A program made the translations under genes and the position numbers. Of a stretch of 64,000 bases of DNA, positions 1 through 14,300 are shown piece by piece. The stretch is taken from positions 57,536,001 to 57,600,000 of the forward strand of contig NC_092345.1 in assembly GCF_963676685.1 (NCBI RefSeq), read 5' to 3'. The stretch is from Mytilus edulis (Eukaryota). The notes below the pieces were generated by a model. The model was not told the origin of the DNA, did not search any database, and saw nothing but the letters and a program-made list of their open reading frames with translations. The first letter of the stretch is position 1. Every line of letters starts with the position of its first letter.

Positions 1-1050
1 ACAACACAAGTCACATATGGCTAAAAACAACAGTATACAAAACGTAAGTCACACATGGCTAAAAACAACAGTATACACAACATAAGTCACACATTGAAAA
101 AAAACCAGTATACACAACACAAGTCACACATTGCTAAAAACAACAGTATACACAACACAAGTCACACATGGCTAAAAACAACAGTATACACAACACAAGT
201 AACACATTGCTAAAAACAACAGTATACACAACATAAGTCACACATGGCTAAAAACAACAGTATACACAACACAAGTAACACATTGCTAAAAACAACAGTA
301 TAAACAGCACAAGTCACACATTGCTAAAAACAACAGTATACAAAACATAGGTCACACATGGCTAAAAACAACAGTATACACAACACAAGTCAAATATGGC
401 TAAAAACAACAGTATACAAAACATAAGTCACACATGGCTAAAAACAACAGTATACACAACATAAGTCACACAGTGAAAAAAAAACCCAGTATACACAACA
501 CAAGTCACACATGGCTAAAAACAACAGTATACAAGACATAAGTCACACATGGCGAAAAACAACAGTATACACAACACAAGTCACACATGGCTAAAAACAA
601 CAGTATACACAACACAAGTAACACATTGCTAAAAACAACAGTATACACAACACAAGTCACACATGGCTAAAACAACAGTATACAAAACATAAGTCACACA
701 TGGCTAAAAACAACAGTATACACAACACAAGTAACACATTGCTAAAAACAACAGTATACACAACACAAGTCACACATGGCTAAAAACAACAGTATACACA
801 ACACAAGTAACACATTGCTAAAAACAACAGTATAAACAACACAAGTCACACATGGCTTAAAACAACAGTCTACAAAACATAAGTCACACATGGCTAGAAA
901 CAACAGTATACAAAACACAAGTAACACATTGCTAAAAACAACAGTATAAACAACACAAGTCACACATGGCTTAAAACAACAGTCTACAAAACATAAGTCA
1001 CACATGGCTAGAAACAACAGTATACAAAACATAAGTCACACATTGCTAAA
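1..1050. repeat. 38-bp minisatellite, about 27 copies, truncated by the window edge
   Basis: Unit ACAACACAAGTCACACATGGCTAAAAACAACAGTATAC. Confidence 0.97.
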
Positions 1051-2207
1051 AAAGCTTCCATAATTTATGGGTACCAATCCATAGCTTCTTAGTAGACAGA
1101 TAAACTGATGATGACCCCGTAGGAGTAAGTAATAAGACGTAATTTAGATTGTGATGATTCCATTGTCTTTACTAATAGTGTCCGATATATCTCTTACATC
1201 TACATTAGCTTTTTTCCGGTCAACAACTTAAACTTGTACAAGTAAATAAATCAAATCACACATAATCCATTGGCTAATTTCCTGGATAGTTTGTGTCATA
1301 TAGATTACATCTTAGAGAAATAGACAAATGTGTCAGACAATTTATGGCCACTGCTTTACAAATGATGTATTATTGATTCTATATAAAGTATGGAAAAATT
1401 ATAGGTCCATATTTTTCTGATAACCTTATGAATATCATATTTATTTGAATGTCTGATCATTACAAATTGTTAGATTTGTTTTTGAAAAACACATCTTGTT
1501 ATGATTGTTCATTGTCAGGCGAATTCTTTATGTTAGAAATCAACACTGTATGAAATATATGAAAGACAGGAGATGTGGTATAATTGCCAATAAATCAACT
1601 ATTTACCAGAGTTGTTAAAAGCAATTTTAGGTTACGGCTGGCCTTCAACAACAAGAAAAACCCAAACTGTATAGTAAAATCGGTTTATATGATTGACATG
1701 GTACTATTATTGAATTAGTTGATACTGTTTGTTGAATTTGCTAAATAAAGATTATTTTACCATAATGGCATTAATCAGAAAAATTACTTACATACTTACG
1801 CCATCTGGTTGTTTGCAATTTATTTAAAAAAAAACAACTAAATTTACAGTATAGAATCATATGTTGCAATATTTTGCAGAATTGAAGCAGTATGATGCGA
1901 GCAAGATTTTTTTTTTATATATAGGAAATTTTCTTAAACACAAATATCTGTAGTCTTATTGAACTAAGAATCATCTTGTTGTAACTTTTCTATAATCCTA
2001 AGACAAAGAGAGAAACAGATATAATGTTTCCATGTAGGAGGAGAAGCCTTATTTTATCTTCAACTTTAATATACTTGTCTTGTTGAAGTGCTTTAATAAG
2101 CCTGTCATATTTCAAGGAGATTACATATCAGTTTTTTATTTATATTTTCAGACCAATATAAATGGTGACGATTGTTGTTGAGAAGACTATAGAATGTAAA
2201 ACCCAGT

Positions 2208-2313
2208 ATGGAATATGGTATCCTAACTGGAACAGCATCTGACATTCGTCACTTCTTCCTTGTTGTCACATGCCTTGTTTCTTTATCTGCTGCACAGTAT
2301 AGCTGGAGACCAG
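2208..2313 (+). CDS. THSD7-like coding exon 1 (signal peptide)
   Basis: Acceptor tttcag ends at 2151, in-frame TAG at 2190 upstream of ATG 2208. MEYG..FFLVVTCLVSLSAAQYSWRP, phase-1 donor joins as G-EWSSC. Confidence 0.82.
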
Positions 2314-5300
2314 GTAATATTATCCATATATTCATTTACTACTTAGAAATCACAGATCTGATACATAACTACTGTAAATTCAGAAATTATTGCGTGCATT
2401 TATTATTGCGACTTTGTCATTTTAAACTTTTTTGCGATTTTAATTATTGCGATTTCGAGAAAAGTCATGCTTAATTCAGTTAAGATATTACAAAATGCGA
2501 GTTTTAATTATTGCGTTTACAACTCTTTCGCTTTATTCGCAATAATAAAAACCTCGCAATAATTTCTGAATTTACAGCTGTAAATTCAGAAATTATTGCG
2601 TTCATTTATTATTGCGATTTTGTCATTTTAAATTAAATGCGATTTTAATTATTACGATTTTGAGAAAAGTCATGCTTAATTCAGTTAAGATATTACAAAA
2701 TGCGAGTTTTAATTATTGCGTTTACAACTCTGTCGCATTATTCGCAATAATAAAAACCTCGCAATAATTTCTGAATCTACAGTATTATTTGTATCACTGT
2801 ATTGATGTACGCTGAAAGGCCTTCAACAATGAGCAATTCCATTACCAGAAAACAAGTTATAAAAGTCAAACATATCAAATTTTATACGATTCAAACAGGA
2901 GAACCATTAACAGCCTGATTCATGTACAAAACAAAAAACAAATATAATTTACAGCAACATACATTACAACAACGTAAATTACAGGCTCCTAACTTGGGAC
3001 AGGCACCTAATGAATGTGCGTTCTTAAGTGGTTGCCTTGCTCTCCCCTAAATATATTGCATTTGCATTGTATTTAGAACTTGATTAAAAGATGATTTTAA
3101 AATCAGTGCCATAATATCATGCACCGTCAGTTTTATGTGTGAGGAACATTTTGTCATTAGAAGACCTAATAATTTAAAAGGAGCTGATGGTTTATAATGT
3201 GTAAGGTATCACTGCAAGAACTGTGAACATGTTTGCTATTATTCCTTGTTGATTGATTTATAAACTAATTAGTTTACACGATTTCTCTGTCAGATATGAT
3301 AGCAGTTTAGTGATATTAATCAGGAATATCTTGAGAAAATAGAGTATATGTACAATCAGAAAATTTCAATAAGCCCTGCATTTAATGCAATTATAATCTT
3401 GTGGTATCTGTTTTTGATATGAATAGAAAAGTTACAAAAACTTACCAAATGTAGTTTATTGTGTGTTGTAGGGTTATTATAAATGTGATTATAAACAACT
3501 TAATCTATTCTTTTATTTCATTGATAATCATCAAAATTTTAATAATTAATTATTACATCTAATGTAATATGTGTTTAGTTTTTTCATGTTAGTTTTAAAT
3601 TTGAGACCAGACACCCAAACAATATTGATGCTGTATGTGGTTTATTTGTTGTATGTTATTTATTGTAAATATTTGTGTTGGAAATCTACCAAAGATTGCA
3701 CATATCTATATCCTATCTGTCTGATATGCCAGAACACTATTTACATAACAGTAACACTTTCTTCTTTTTTATTAAATTAAGGTGCCTTGATTCTGACACA
3801 GAAAGTATCTCTCTTTTTGGTTATTCATATTTAAACGGTCCTCATTTGTGTAATGACACACTCTAAGTTAAGTCTTTAAACTTAAAGTTGACTTAAAACA
3901 TGTTTTGATACTTTTGACTCCCATGAATGTGTTACCCACAGATACTCGTTTCGGTAATACATGTATCACAATCTTAAATAAGTCATTAACTTCATTTTTG
4001 GCAAAAGTTGCCATTAAACAGTTTTGCTTCAGGAATACATTACTCTGTTTGGCATTAAAGTTTGCATTTTCAAATTAGAACTTTGAATGTTACTTATGAT
4101 GATCCAGAAAAGAGCTCAGAATTCAGCAATGTTTCCTGTGTCTTTTTATTTTAAGTCTGGTTTTATCTGAATACAACTTGAAAGTGACTGGTTTATTTGT
4201 TGAAGTATAATCTCATTTTCTCTCTACATAAAGCTTGCACTCCTGTAAATTTTGAAAATGCAATTTCCCATAGGAACTCACTTTGGTGCTACTGCTGTAC
4301 GTGCCACTTTTAATATGAAGTTTTGAAAAAAAAATTATACCCTAGAACGGACAGTTGATATGCAGTACTTTTTTATTCAAAGGTCAAAACATGGTGCTGT
4401 GTGGCAATATTTCCAACTTTTATATAAAGCCCAGAACTTTCAAGAATTTTAACTTATTGTTTAATTTAGTACTACCCCTACCTTCACTTTAAGTCTTCCT
4501 CATAATTCAATTTTCCCCTCTTTCATGTGTTTTATTCTGATTACATTCCCATGCTATTTCTCTTATTTACCCTGAGACTAGACAATCATTTATGATAAGC
4601 TTGGAGAGCATTTAAACATGTAGTGGGCAAACGTTACTTTTGTTGGTACTTAACTGTCCATAGCCTGGGATCCGGCCCAATCTAGCTTCGCGTCGTAAGG
4701 GCCAGGTGGGGAACAAATACCATGTGATCGATTCAGTGCCAGTTGGCTCTGAATCTAAAGTGAGGCTGAATAAATATTCGCATAAATTTTGATGTTTGAT
4801 GTAAACCAGCACAATTGGAATCCAATTGACACCTTGGACATGTGAAATCTTAAACTTTTAACTTTCTCACCAGGCGATTGCTGATAAGAATTAACCCTTT
4901 TCTGCTTACTAATTATCATCATACTACTAATTAGATATGATAACACTATACATCAAATCATAAAGAAAAATAATTACAGTCTAATTTTTACTAATTGATG
5001 TTAAACAAGAATTGATTGGATACAGATGTAAAACAAACATTGAGGACAAAATTAGTATTAACCAATCATTGACAGGCAGTACATTGATACACGCCTGGCT
5101 ATACTGACAAGATTAGCCAGGACCCCAGGCTAAACTGTCCAGTGATTATCTCAATTAGTGAAATAACATACTCATATCAAGAAAAAGTAAAACACACAAT
5201 GAATACCAAATTCCTGATTGCATTTGTATTACATTTGTAACTAAAAGACCAAAATGCTTCTGATACTATGAAACCATATTTTATTTGATTCTATGTCAAA

Positions 5301-8300
5301 GTGTGCAGTTAATGGCAGTAAGTTCATGGTATTTTATTAAGAGATGTCATTAATTGATGATGAAATCATTCTTTTTACACCATAAAAATGGAATCTGTTC
5401 TTCTAAACACATTTTCTTGAAATGCATCCCAATAAGTTGATAATACCCTTAGTTAATGTTGCATTAGTAGGAGTGCACTATTCTGGTGTTACATAAATAT
5501 TTTTGGCTGAAAAACAAAACAGAATTGTAAAAATCTGGTATATTATTCGTACAATTGGCAGTTATAATCTCTTATTATATAAAATTACATGCTGCTGGAA
5601 TTTTATTACCAATGACAAAAGCATACTGAGTAAATGTTTCAATGAATAAAAGTAGTTGCTTCTGATTAATGACATGGATCCTCCTGTTGCTTTGAGAAAT
5701 GACGTGCACTGACGCAAATTGACTAATATCTCAAATTGATATCGCATGACATAGATGATAAACAGCTTGGAAAAAACTTTTTTTTTTGGAAACAGTGCAC
5801 AAGGTTGCAACTGATATTTTTCTTGAAATCATTTTTTTTCTACTTCTAGAGTATCCATATACTCTTACATACTCTTTTACTTCCAGAGAAATTTGTGTAA
5901 GCTACATAATAAATTCTTTTGAGGGAGGGGATATGCAGCATTGATACCTATTTAATGGTTACATTAATATCTTTTACTTTGATGTAAATCATTTTCCATT
6001 TCCATAGCTGTATTTTATGTCTTTGATGAAGATACTAAGGGTTGCAGAAATGTTCATAATATATTATAGTCTGAATATTTTTACTGTTCAGTGAGCTACA
6101 AACAGCATAATTATCATTATCACAGTTTATATTAATTGCAAATATACATACAATGACTTCAATTTACAGAACTTTTACCTTTATACTTGTTTTTTAAATG
6201 CAGGTCTTCTTATTAGTATAAAAATTTGGGACCAGTAACAGATCTAGAGTGGAAGATTTTTACCTTCTCAATGAGCACCTAATTTTTTTCTATGAAAAAT
6301 GTCAAACTATGAGTTGTTAATTTTAAATATTGTATAGTTTTGCTGTCTTTGAATTGTTTTTGTATTTTTAGCAGGTGATAGATTATAATATTTTCTTGTG
6401 TTATAACAGTAATTACACTAAATTTCTTCTGGTTTTTAATATCATATTTAAAACACATTCAAATAAGTTTACGCTACTAAAACAAAGAACAACTTAGTCT
6501 AAACTGAATAAAATCATGTCAAAATTGGAGTTACCAGAAACCAGATGTTAACTTTTGAACCATATTCAAGCAGACCTCTATATTTTGTGAGATCAATTGA
6601 ACAAAGGTCAAGGACTGTGTCAGTAATTGATAAAATTGGATAAGATTTGTTATTCTTGGTTATTTTTAAGACCCATAAAAAGTGGTTTCATCATATAACC
6701 AATCTCCTGTCATGTTGTTTTATCTCCAAATTACTAGGAGATAGCTAGGGAATGCCTTCTTTTAGAGCCTTGCACAGATTTAACTATTTGGCCAACCCTG
6801 TTAAACATATGGTTGATAATGAGGGACCAATTATTATGGTCTGACATTAAAAAAGTGCTTGGATGTGGGTTAATGATTTAGGTCATAAAATTGTGACAGT
6901 TTTATTCTACTGACATGCAGTTTTTCAGTTCTTATGTATACATTAATGCATTGGTTATTAATTAAATGAAGGGTGGGGATTGTATACATCAACAACACAA
7001 TAAAACAAGATAAGACTTCTAGAGGTCAAAATACATGCAGTGTTCAAGAGTTTAAGAGGATTAGCAGTCAAAATCCTTATACCATATCTGTGTGCTCCTT
7101 CTGTGAATGGCTGACTTGAGTCAAATAAAGGCCTAGCTATTTTTCATGATGTCCCAATAGGAACTGAAAAGAAAATTTTAAATTGGAATTGGAATTGAAC
7201 CAATGAAAATCTGAATAAAGTAGAAAATCATATATTTACTATCATAAAAATTACTGTCCAGTTCCAATTCTGGGAAGACAGCAAAAGGCCTAGAATCGGT
7301 GAAAAGACAGTATCTCATTCATACTTTATTTTATGTTCATAGATATGCCAAGTTAGAGTTAAAATTGAATTGGAAGTATGAGTGGGAGCAGAATTGTCTC
7401 TATTTTCTCAAATGAACCTTTCTAGATCGTATATCAAAAACAACAATATTTTGGCAGAGAACAGTATTCTTAATTGACTTGATGCTTATGTTTTTTTTAA
7501 TTAGTACATTTAATTTGTTACATATTAACACTGTTATTTAGTGGATTTTAGACTTAATCTATAATACGTTAAGATACTTTTATAATTTTTCAATGTCATT
7601 TACAGTTTTCCCCCCCATTATTTCTGTTTGTATAATACAAAATTAAGAGAGGGAGGCAAGTTATTTTTCAGTCCAAAGAATGATTAGCTTGATAATTTTT
7701 GTGAATGGGAACAACCTATTATCATTGTTTCTTAATCTGAAGTTATTTCTATATAACAGAGGCTTCAAAGTTGCAAAGATGGTGAATGTGTTTTTTCTCA
7801 TTGTTGAATATAATATTATATAATTGCTTATATCATCTTTTGTGGATACATGTAGTTGTTTCATTGGCAATCATGCCACATCTCCTTTAATTTCTATATT
7901 GTATCAGACTACTGTAAATTCAAAAAATTATATCAAGGTTTTTGATTATAGAAATTGTGCGACTAGCAGAGTTTTGCAATAATAAGATTTTTCACTCTGA
8001 TATCTGGTACATATATCTGTATAGAGTTTTCCCTGAAATCGCAATAATTAGCCTCACTTTTGTGTCCATTCTTAAAAAATGGCAAAAATAAATTATTGGA
8101 ATAACTTCTGAATTTACAGAACTTACAAATATTTGAGCTTTACTAAGATTCAGTTTTCAAAAAACTATTGCGGTTGTAAAATGGTTACAAAATCAGATTC
8201 AATTAGAGAGGTTAAAATATATATGCTTTATTGAATAACATTGTGATATTATTCTGACTGTGCATGATGTTTAAAGAGTATAGCTCAGACAAGAATTATA

Positions 8301-11300
8301 TAACTGTACTCTAGAGGTTTGACTGTAGACAATGTGATGGTAGTTACTATGACAGTTTTATAAGGGTTGCTAATATCATCAGCTTATACAATTAGTCTTG
8401 ATCCCCACGTCTGTTTTCGATCAAATTTCCTTAAGATATCTGTTCTTACAAGCATGGCATGGTGTCTTATGGACACATTCTTGTTTAATAAACAAAAAGA
8501 TAAACTCTAAAAGTGAAGTTATTCTAATAATGTCATACAGTACAGTCACGACATTTAGATGTATGCTTTGAATTCTTAACACTTATATGTTAGTACTCTG
8601 CTCCTGGCATGCTCAACAGTATGATCAGTACTTTGTCATGATAAAAGAAGTCATTATTATAAAATAAGCATCAATAGAATTGTTCTCCATTTCTTTTAAT
8701 TAAGTATCCTCTTAGTTTGTTATAATATTATATGAATCGTGTTACCTCAATTGCCAGCTTACCTAAGTGCTGTGGCTTTGATCTGATTAGTTCTGAATGA
8801 CACATTGTATTTATACTATTAGGAATAACCAGAGAAGAATGCTCCAACTGCAGCTGCTTTTGATCTGTCTGAAGACTTTTTCTTCTCAAGCATCTTTTAA
8901 ATTTTTGAGATTAGTGAGACATTTTCCACTAGAACTGCCTACCCTTGTGGAGCATTGGGGTTCATTAGTAGTTATTTGAAAGGGTTTTTGTTCTTATTTA
9001 TTTTAAGTTATCCAAGTTGAAAATTTTCGTCACATTTTTCTCAGGAACTGCATTACAAGGATTTCTGAAATTTGGTTTCAGGGTTTATATAAGTCAGTTA
9101 TACCGTGTAATGTGCTTCCACATTCATCACTCAACAACTTCCTGTTTACCGAACACTTACATTATTTTACTGACATGACATCCAAGTTGAAAATTTTAAG
9201 TCACATTTTTCTCACAAACTACATTAATTTGGTTTCGGGGATTTATAAAAATCAGATATACCTTGTGATTCGTTTTCAGATTCATCATGTAACAACTTCC
9301 TGTTTACTGTTAAGTATTTGGGTGGGGGTATCATCAGTGAGCAGTATATAGCTCACAGTTTCACTTGTTTTCTCTGTTGATGGGTTACCAGTTGTCACAT
9401 ATTTCAAGGCTTTTAATATTCACTTAGTCTAGCATAGTGACCAAAAACCTTTTTTTTTATAATTTACAGGTGAATGGAGCTCATGTGATGCAAGTGAATG
9501 TGGCCTTAATGGAAAACAAGATCGATATGTCAGTTGTATGTTCCAAGATCGAAATGGACAACTCAGTTATGCTGAAGAAGAAAACTGTCGGTATTTACCA
9601 CGTCCCATTTCACAACAAATGTGTAACAAAAAATGCACAGATCAATATCAGGTCACTTGGGCAGCAGACACATGGGGTCGGTGTCAGCTTTTACCGAATG
9701 TTAAAACATGTGCCCGTGGAATGGGCATTAGATATCGTAATGTCACCTGTGTTATCAAATCGGATGGCAAGCTGCAGGATGATAGCATTTGTGCAGGATA
9801 TGAAACAAAGCCTGCTACAAGCGAAAGCTGTGATTTGCAATGTAAACAAGACTGTATTGTGACCCCATATGGTCCTTGGTCAAGCTGTGATAAGTGTGAA
9901 AAAATTGCACAGACTCGAACTAGGATAGTAGTCATTCCAGATGATCATGGTGGAAAGGATTGTCCGCCATTTTCAGAAATTAAACCCTGTAATAATTGTT
10001 CAAATGTATATTATATTTATTTAGGACGATGGTCACCCTGTCATACCATGGACATTCCTGAAAATTTTCCCACACATTCATTAATAGGTCGTGAAGAACG
10101 TAGAGTTAGCTGTATTGATTCCATTGGTGCTACCGTTCCATATACGTAAGTTTATTTCTCAGTATGTTCAAATTTGCATTATCTTTCCAAAGCACCTGAG
10201 TCTGTTTCAAATGAATCTGCTTTAATTTAACATTGCATGATTATCTAACACTACCACAAATAGAACCAGAGAAATATAATTGTACACACTGATAGTCATG
10301 ATAACAAACTTAGTTTAATAAGGCTTGCATCTGGGAGCAGATGTAGAAAAATCGTTCTGCTCTCCGAGATGAAACTTGGCATAAACCGCTACTAGCAAGT
10401 GTGTTGCATACACAAAAGAAACCCTACAGATAAAGTTGCGTTCTCTTATTTTAAATACCTTGGAGTTCTTGGCTTGATTATTCACTAATACTTTAGGAAA
10501 ACCATATGTTGATGATCATGGTAAGAATGTTAGATGATTTTAGACACCTCTGTGCATATACATTTACATTGAAAAGGCCTAATTACATCACAATTGACTT
10601 ATTTCCATGCTATGTGGTCTCTGTGAACACTCCAATCACTATACTGTAGTTTTATTTGTCATTTCCAAAAACTGAGGAATCAAAATGATGGTCTAATCAT
10701 ATATCATTGCAACTATCAAGCAGAAAAGTCCAGAACTAAAATAAATACTGAACCCATAATTCAGTAAGTATGGTATAATAATATCAAAAATTACAAATAG
10801 TAAAACAATATAGCCAACAGAGAATTAAGTTCATATTAAGAACAAATGCTGTTGTAAAAACTCCACCTCCCCACCCCTCAAAAAAACGTTGAGTTTATTA
10901 ATTTTATTGCATGAATAGTACAGTTAAAGGTGTATTTGATGTATATTGAACAAGTGTGATACAAACTTTTGTTATATAGGAGCTGTGGGAAATTTGACTC
11001 GGTTTAACCAATCAAACATTCTATTTTACAGAAGATGTAAAGAACACATAAATCTTCAAGGTCAAATCATAACTGATAGACAGTCATGCATCATTCCCCA
11101 AGATTGTGAAATTTCCGAGTGGTCCCCATGGCAGTTGGTCAATAGCAGTTGTCTGTTGGAGTCTGGATGGACTAAACCTGGACTTATGAAGCGAGAACGA
11201 TCAGTGAGAAAATTACCTCGAGGACTTGGAGCTTCTTGTCCACCATTAGTAGAGACCACAGCAGTTCATGGAACATCTGATAAATCAAGATACTGTCCAA

Positions 11301-14300
11301 GGTATGTCTATAACATCATATCTGCAACCAGTTACAACAGGAATTCAGTAATGCCTTAGTGCATATGCTATCCTGTCATCCAGATCTGTTATATGTCCTT
11401 AGATACATCATAACTTGAGTTCAAAACATGTTTGAGTCTTTAACTGACCTTGATCAAACTTTCTATTGTTTTGACTCTTGACATTGAATCTCTAGATCAG
11501 TGTTGAGGGTAAAAATTGTAACATTTAACAGATAATCAAAGCTAAAAAAAAGAAATACATAAAAAGTACAAAACAAATTACAGTGCAATGAGCACTTCTG
11601 CAGATTGTTGAAGACCTTTTAGTCAGTATCTAATTGAAAAACCCGTATTACAGTGTTGTTCCTTGGCTGCATTGCTGTTTGCAAGTATTTCAGGAACTTG
11701 TCTCATATTCAACTTATAGTATAATACCTTTCATTCAACAGATTCAAACTTAAATTTGTTATGGTGAATTGTCCAATATGTGCAAATGATAATACTCGCC
11801 TTACATTAATGTAAGAAGCCAGTCATATAAATAAGATCATTTATACTAAAAGGAATACTTCGTTCAGATATACGAACTATATTTGCAGTTTTAAAATTTG
11901 TTTCAATAAATTTTATGATTGGTTTATTTGGTTCACAATTTGATGTTTTAAAGTTAATTTAAAAAGACACTTCATCATTTTCTTGGTTAAATATTTGTAC
12001 TTTTATTTTGTTATTACATGTAGAATGATATATACCATCAGGTAAAATGTCCAATTGATTTGTTTGACAACTTAACATGACTGATATAATTTAAGTTCTA
12101 TTTTCCTTAGTAGGTTCTAGTCAGCAGTGGTTTCATTTGTTGTGGTCTATTTTGTTACTGAAAATTTTCTGAAAAATTAATTACTGTTCAGCTAACTTGA
12201 ACTAGCATAGTGTAGATTAATATTGCATGAGACGGAAAACAGAAGAACTCGTTAAGCAGTAAGGGGTACATCTTTGAAATCCTAACATTAGTTACGGGAG
12301 ACTGTTTGCTAATGATACAAGAATTCATGCATCTTTAATCAATGCATTCCTGTGTAGGACATAGACAGATTTTTTATGCTGCACTTAACACTTTAAACAA
12401 AAATTTCCTTTGATACGAACATTTGACATATTGTGACATAGATATCCTATTAGTTTTGATCTTTCTAATTACTGAATGTTTTTGTAGAAGATGTTTATGT
12501 TGAGTTATAAGGTACTTAACAGCTACCAGTATTTAATGAAATATGTAAATTTTAGAATAATTTAACCATGAAAAAATCTTTCATATTATTTTTACTTTTA
12601 ATGTTACATAACAAGGAATTAATATACTTAAAACAGCCTCTATTAATATATTGTTTGATATATTTTTAATCAAATTTATTTGTATATTACCAAAAAACCA
12701 TATTTAAAATGGTGGGATAAATGATAATTTGAAAGTATAGCTAGCAACTAAATAACACTATCAATAAACATACAAAGCTGTAGCCTACCTTTAACATTAA
12801 AATTACTTTATTTTGATCTAATGAAGAGTTTTTTACTAGATGAACTGGAGAACCGAATTGTCTTGTTGGGTATTGGTGAATTTCTAACTTTGGTACTCCC
12901 TCTTACTTAACCTTAACAGCAATAGTTCTTGTCTGTTGAGTTATGTCATGTCAAATGTTGAATGTATATAACTATTTAAATCAATGAAAGATAGAATTGT
13001 CAAACCTGCTATAAGGTCTTCTCTCTACTCAGTTGGCCTTATTCCTGCCTACTTTAGAAATGCCTTAGGATTTTCAACCTAAATTCAACAAATATCTTAA
13101 TTATAAGCTTGAGGTCAGTTTTGTCTCATCTGATAAATTAAGTGACCTGTAGGAACATTGAAAGATTACAATATTTTTATTTTTTTTCTCAGAAATAAGT
13201 GGTTGACATCAAGTTGGAGTAAGTGTCTCTCTGTAAATGGAGGGTTACAGTGTACAACAGGGATGCAGCACAGAAAAGCTATATGTGTGGAGGAAAATGG
13301 TAAAAATAATAGAAATATTGAGGACACATGTCCTATAAACTCTTTGAAAAGGGAAAGAAATGTGATTGGCATTTCTGTTTGATACTATTAAACCTTATTA
13401 TTCAAATTAAGGAGAAGGTATTACATGAGGTATTATTTGGCCAATGAAATACCAAAAGTAAGGTAAATTCTTCAATGATTGGCATATTTGTGTTACAGTT
13501 AAACATACATGTATAAGGTTTTTAAAATCTGGACACGGAAGTAAATGTTTGTTGTAAAGTCACTGTGAAGCCATAACTTGTGGCCTATTATCTTGTTGTA
13601 AAATGTTGTTTTTGGATAGGGAGTTAGCTCAAATCTAAGATCTTAAAACTAGGATTTTTTGCAGTTTAGCATTTAAACAGTTCTACAGTAGTCCTCTATT
13701 GGAACTGTGTCAAAAATCATATACTAAATATATACCATGACAATATTGGTATCTGGTACATAACCTTGACCCAGTAACTATACAATAAACAATGTGTTAA
13801 AGAAGATCCACAAACAAATCAGTTAATTTTACTGCAAGTTCAGTTCTTCATAGCATGGCCATTAATTATTCTAAACTGTCCCTGATCAAGGATAAATTTG
13901 AGGAATTTGAAGCTGCTAATTATGTTTGCCTGAAGAAAGGGGGTGTTGTATCAAGTACACATTTTGTTCTGTGTTATTGCAGGTTTATAGATCTAAGTGT
14001 TTTGCAGATAATTGCCCATCATTTACAAGTATTTCCATATGAATCTTTGATAATTCCTAAACCTTATTTCTCTAGGGCTTTTTTTAGGTATTGCTCATCT
14101 GATTAATGCTTTGCTACAATTCATTTATAACATATGAACTGCAGGGCTACATAGATATCATTGAACCCTGGAATTACCAATTTAAATTGATTCTTTTTTA
14201 TGGATCTGTCCTTGGATATCACCTGCTTCCTTCCTTCTAAATCTTCCAATAATTAAGAAATAATTCATGGGGGCTTGAATATATCGTTATTTTACCACGG

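Noticed and set aside
742-1032. Cys-rich 96-aa ORF
   Set aside because: It is a translation of the 38-bp minisatellite (114-bp periodicity).
1-1050. CRISPR-like regular repeats
   Set aside because: Units are contiguous with no unique spacers, there are no cas genes, and the context is eukaryotic.
9437-9935. Overlapping alternative-frame and antisense ORFs over THSD7 exons (also 11062, 16101, 35397, 39778) and over the receptor gene (61953, 62225)
   Set aside because: These are shadow ORFs of real coding sequence.
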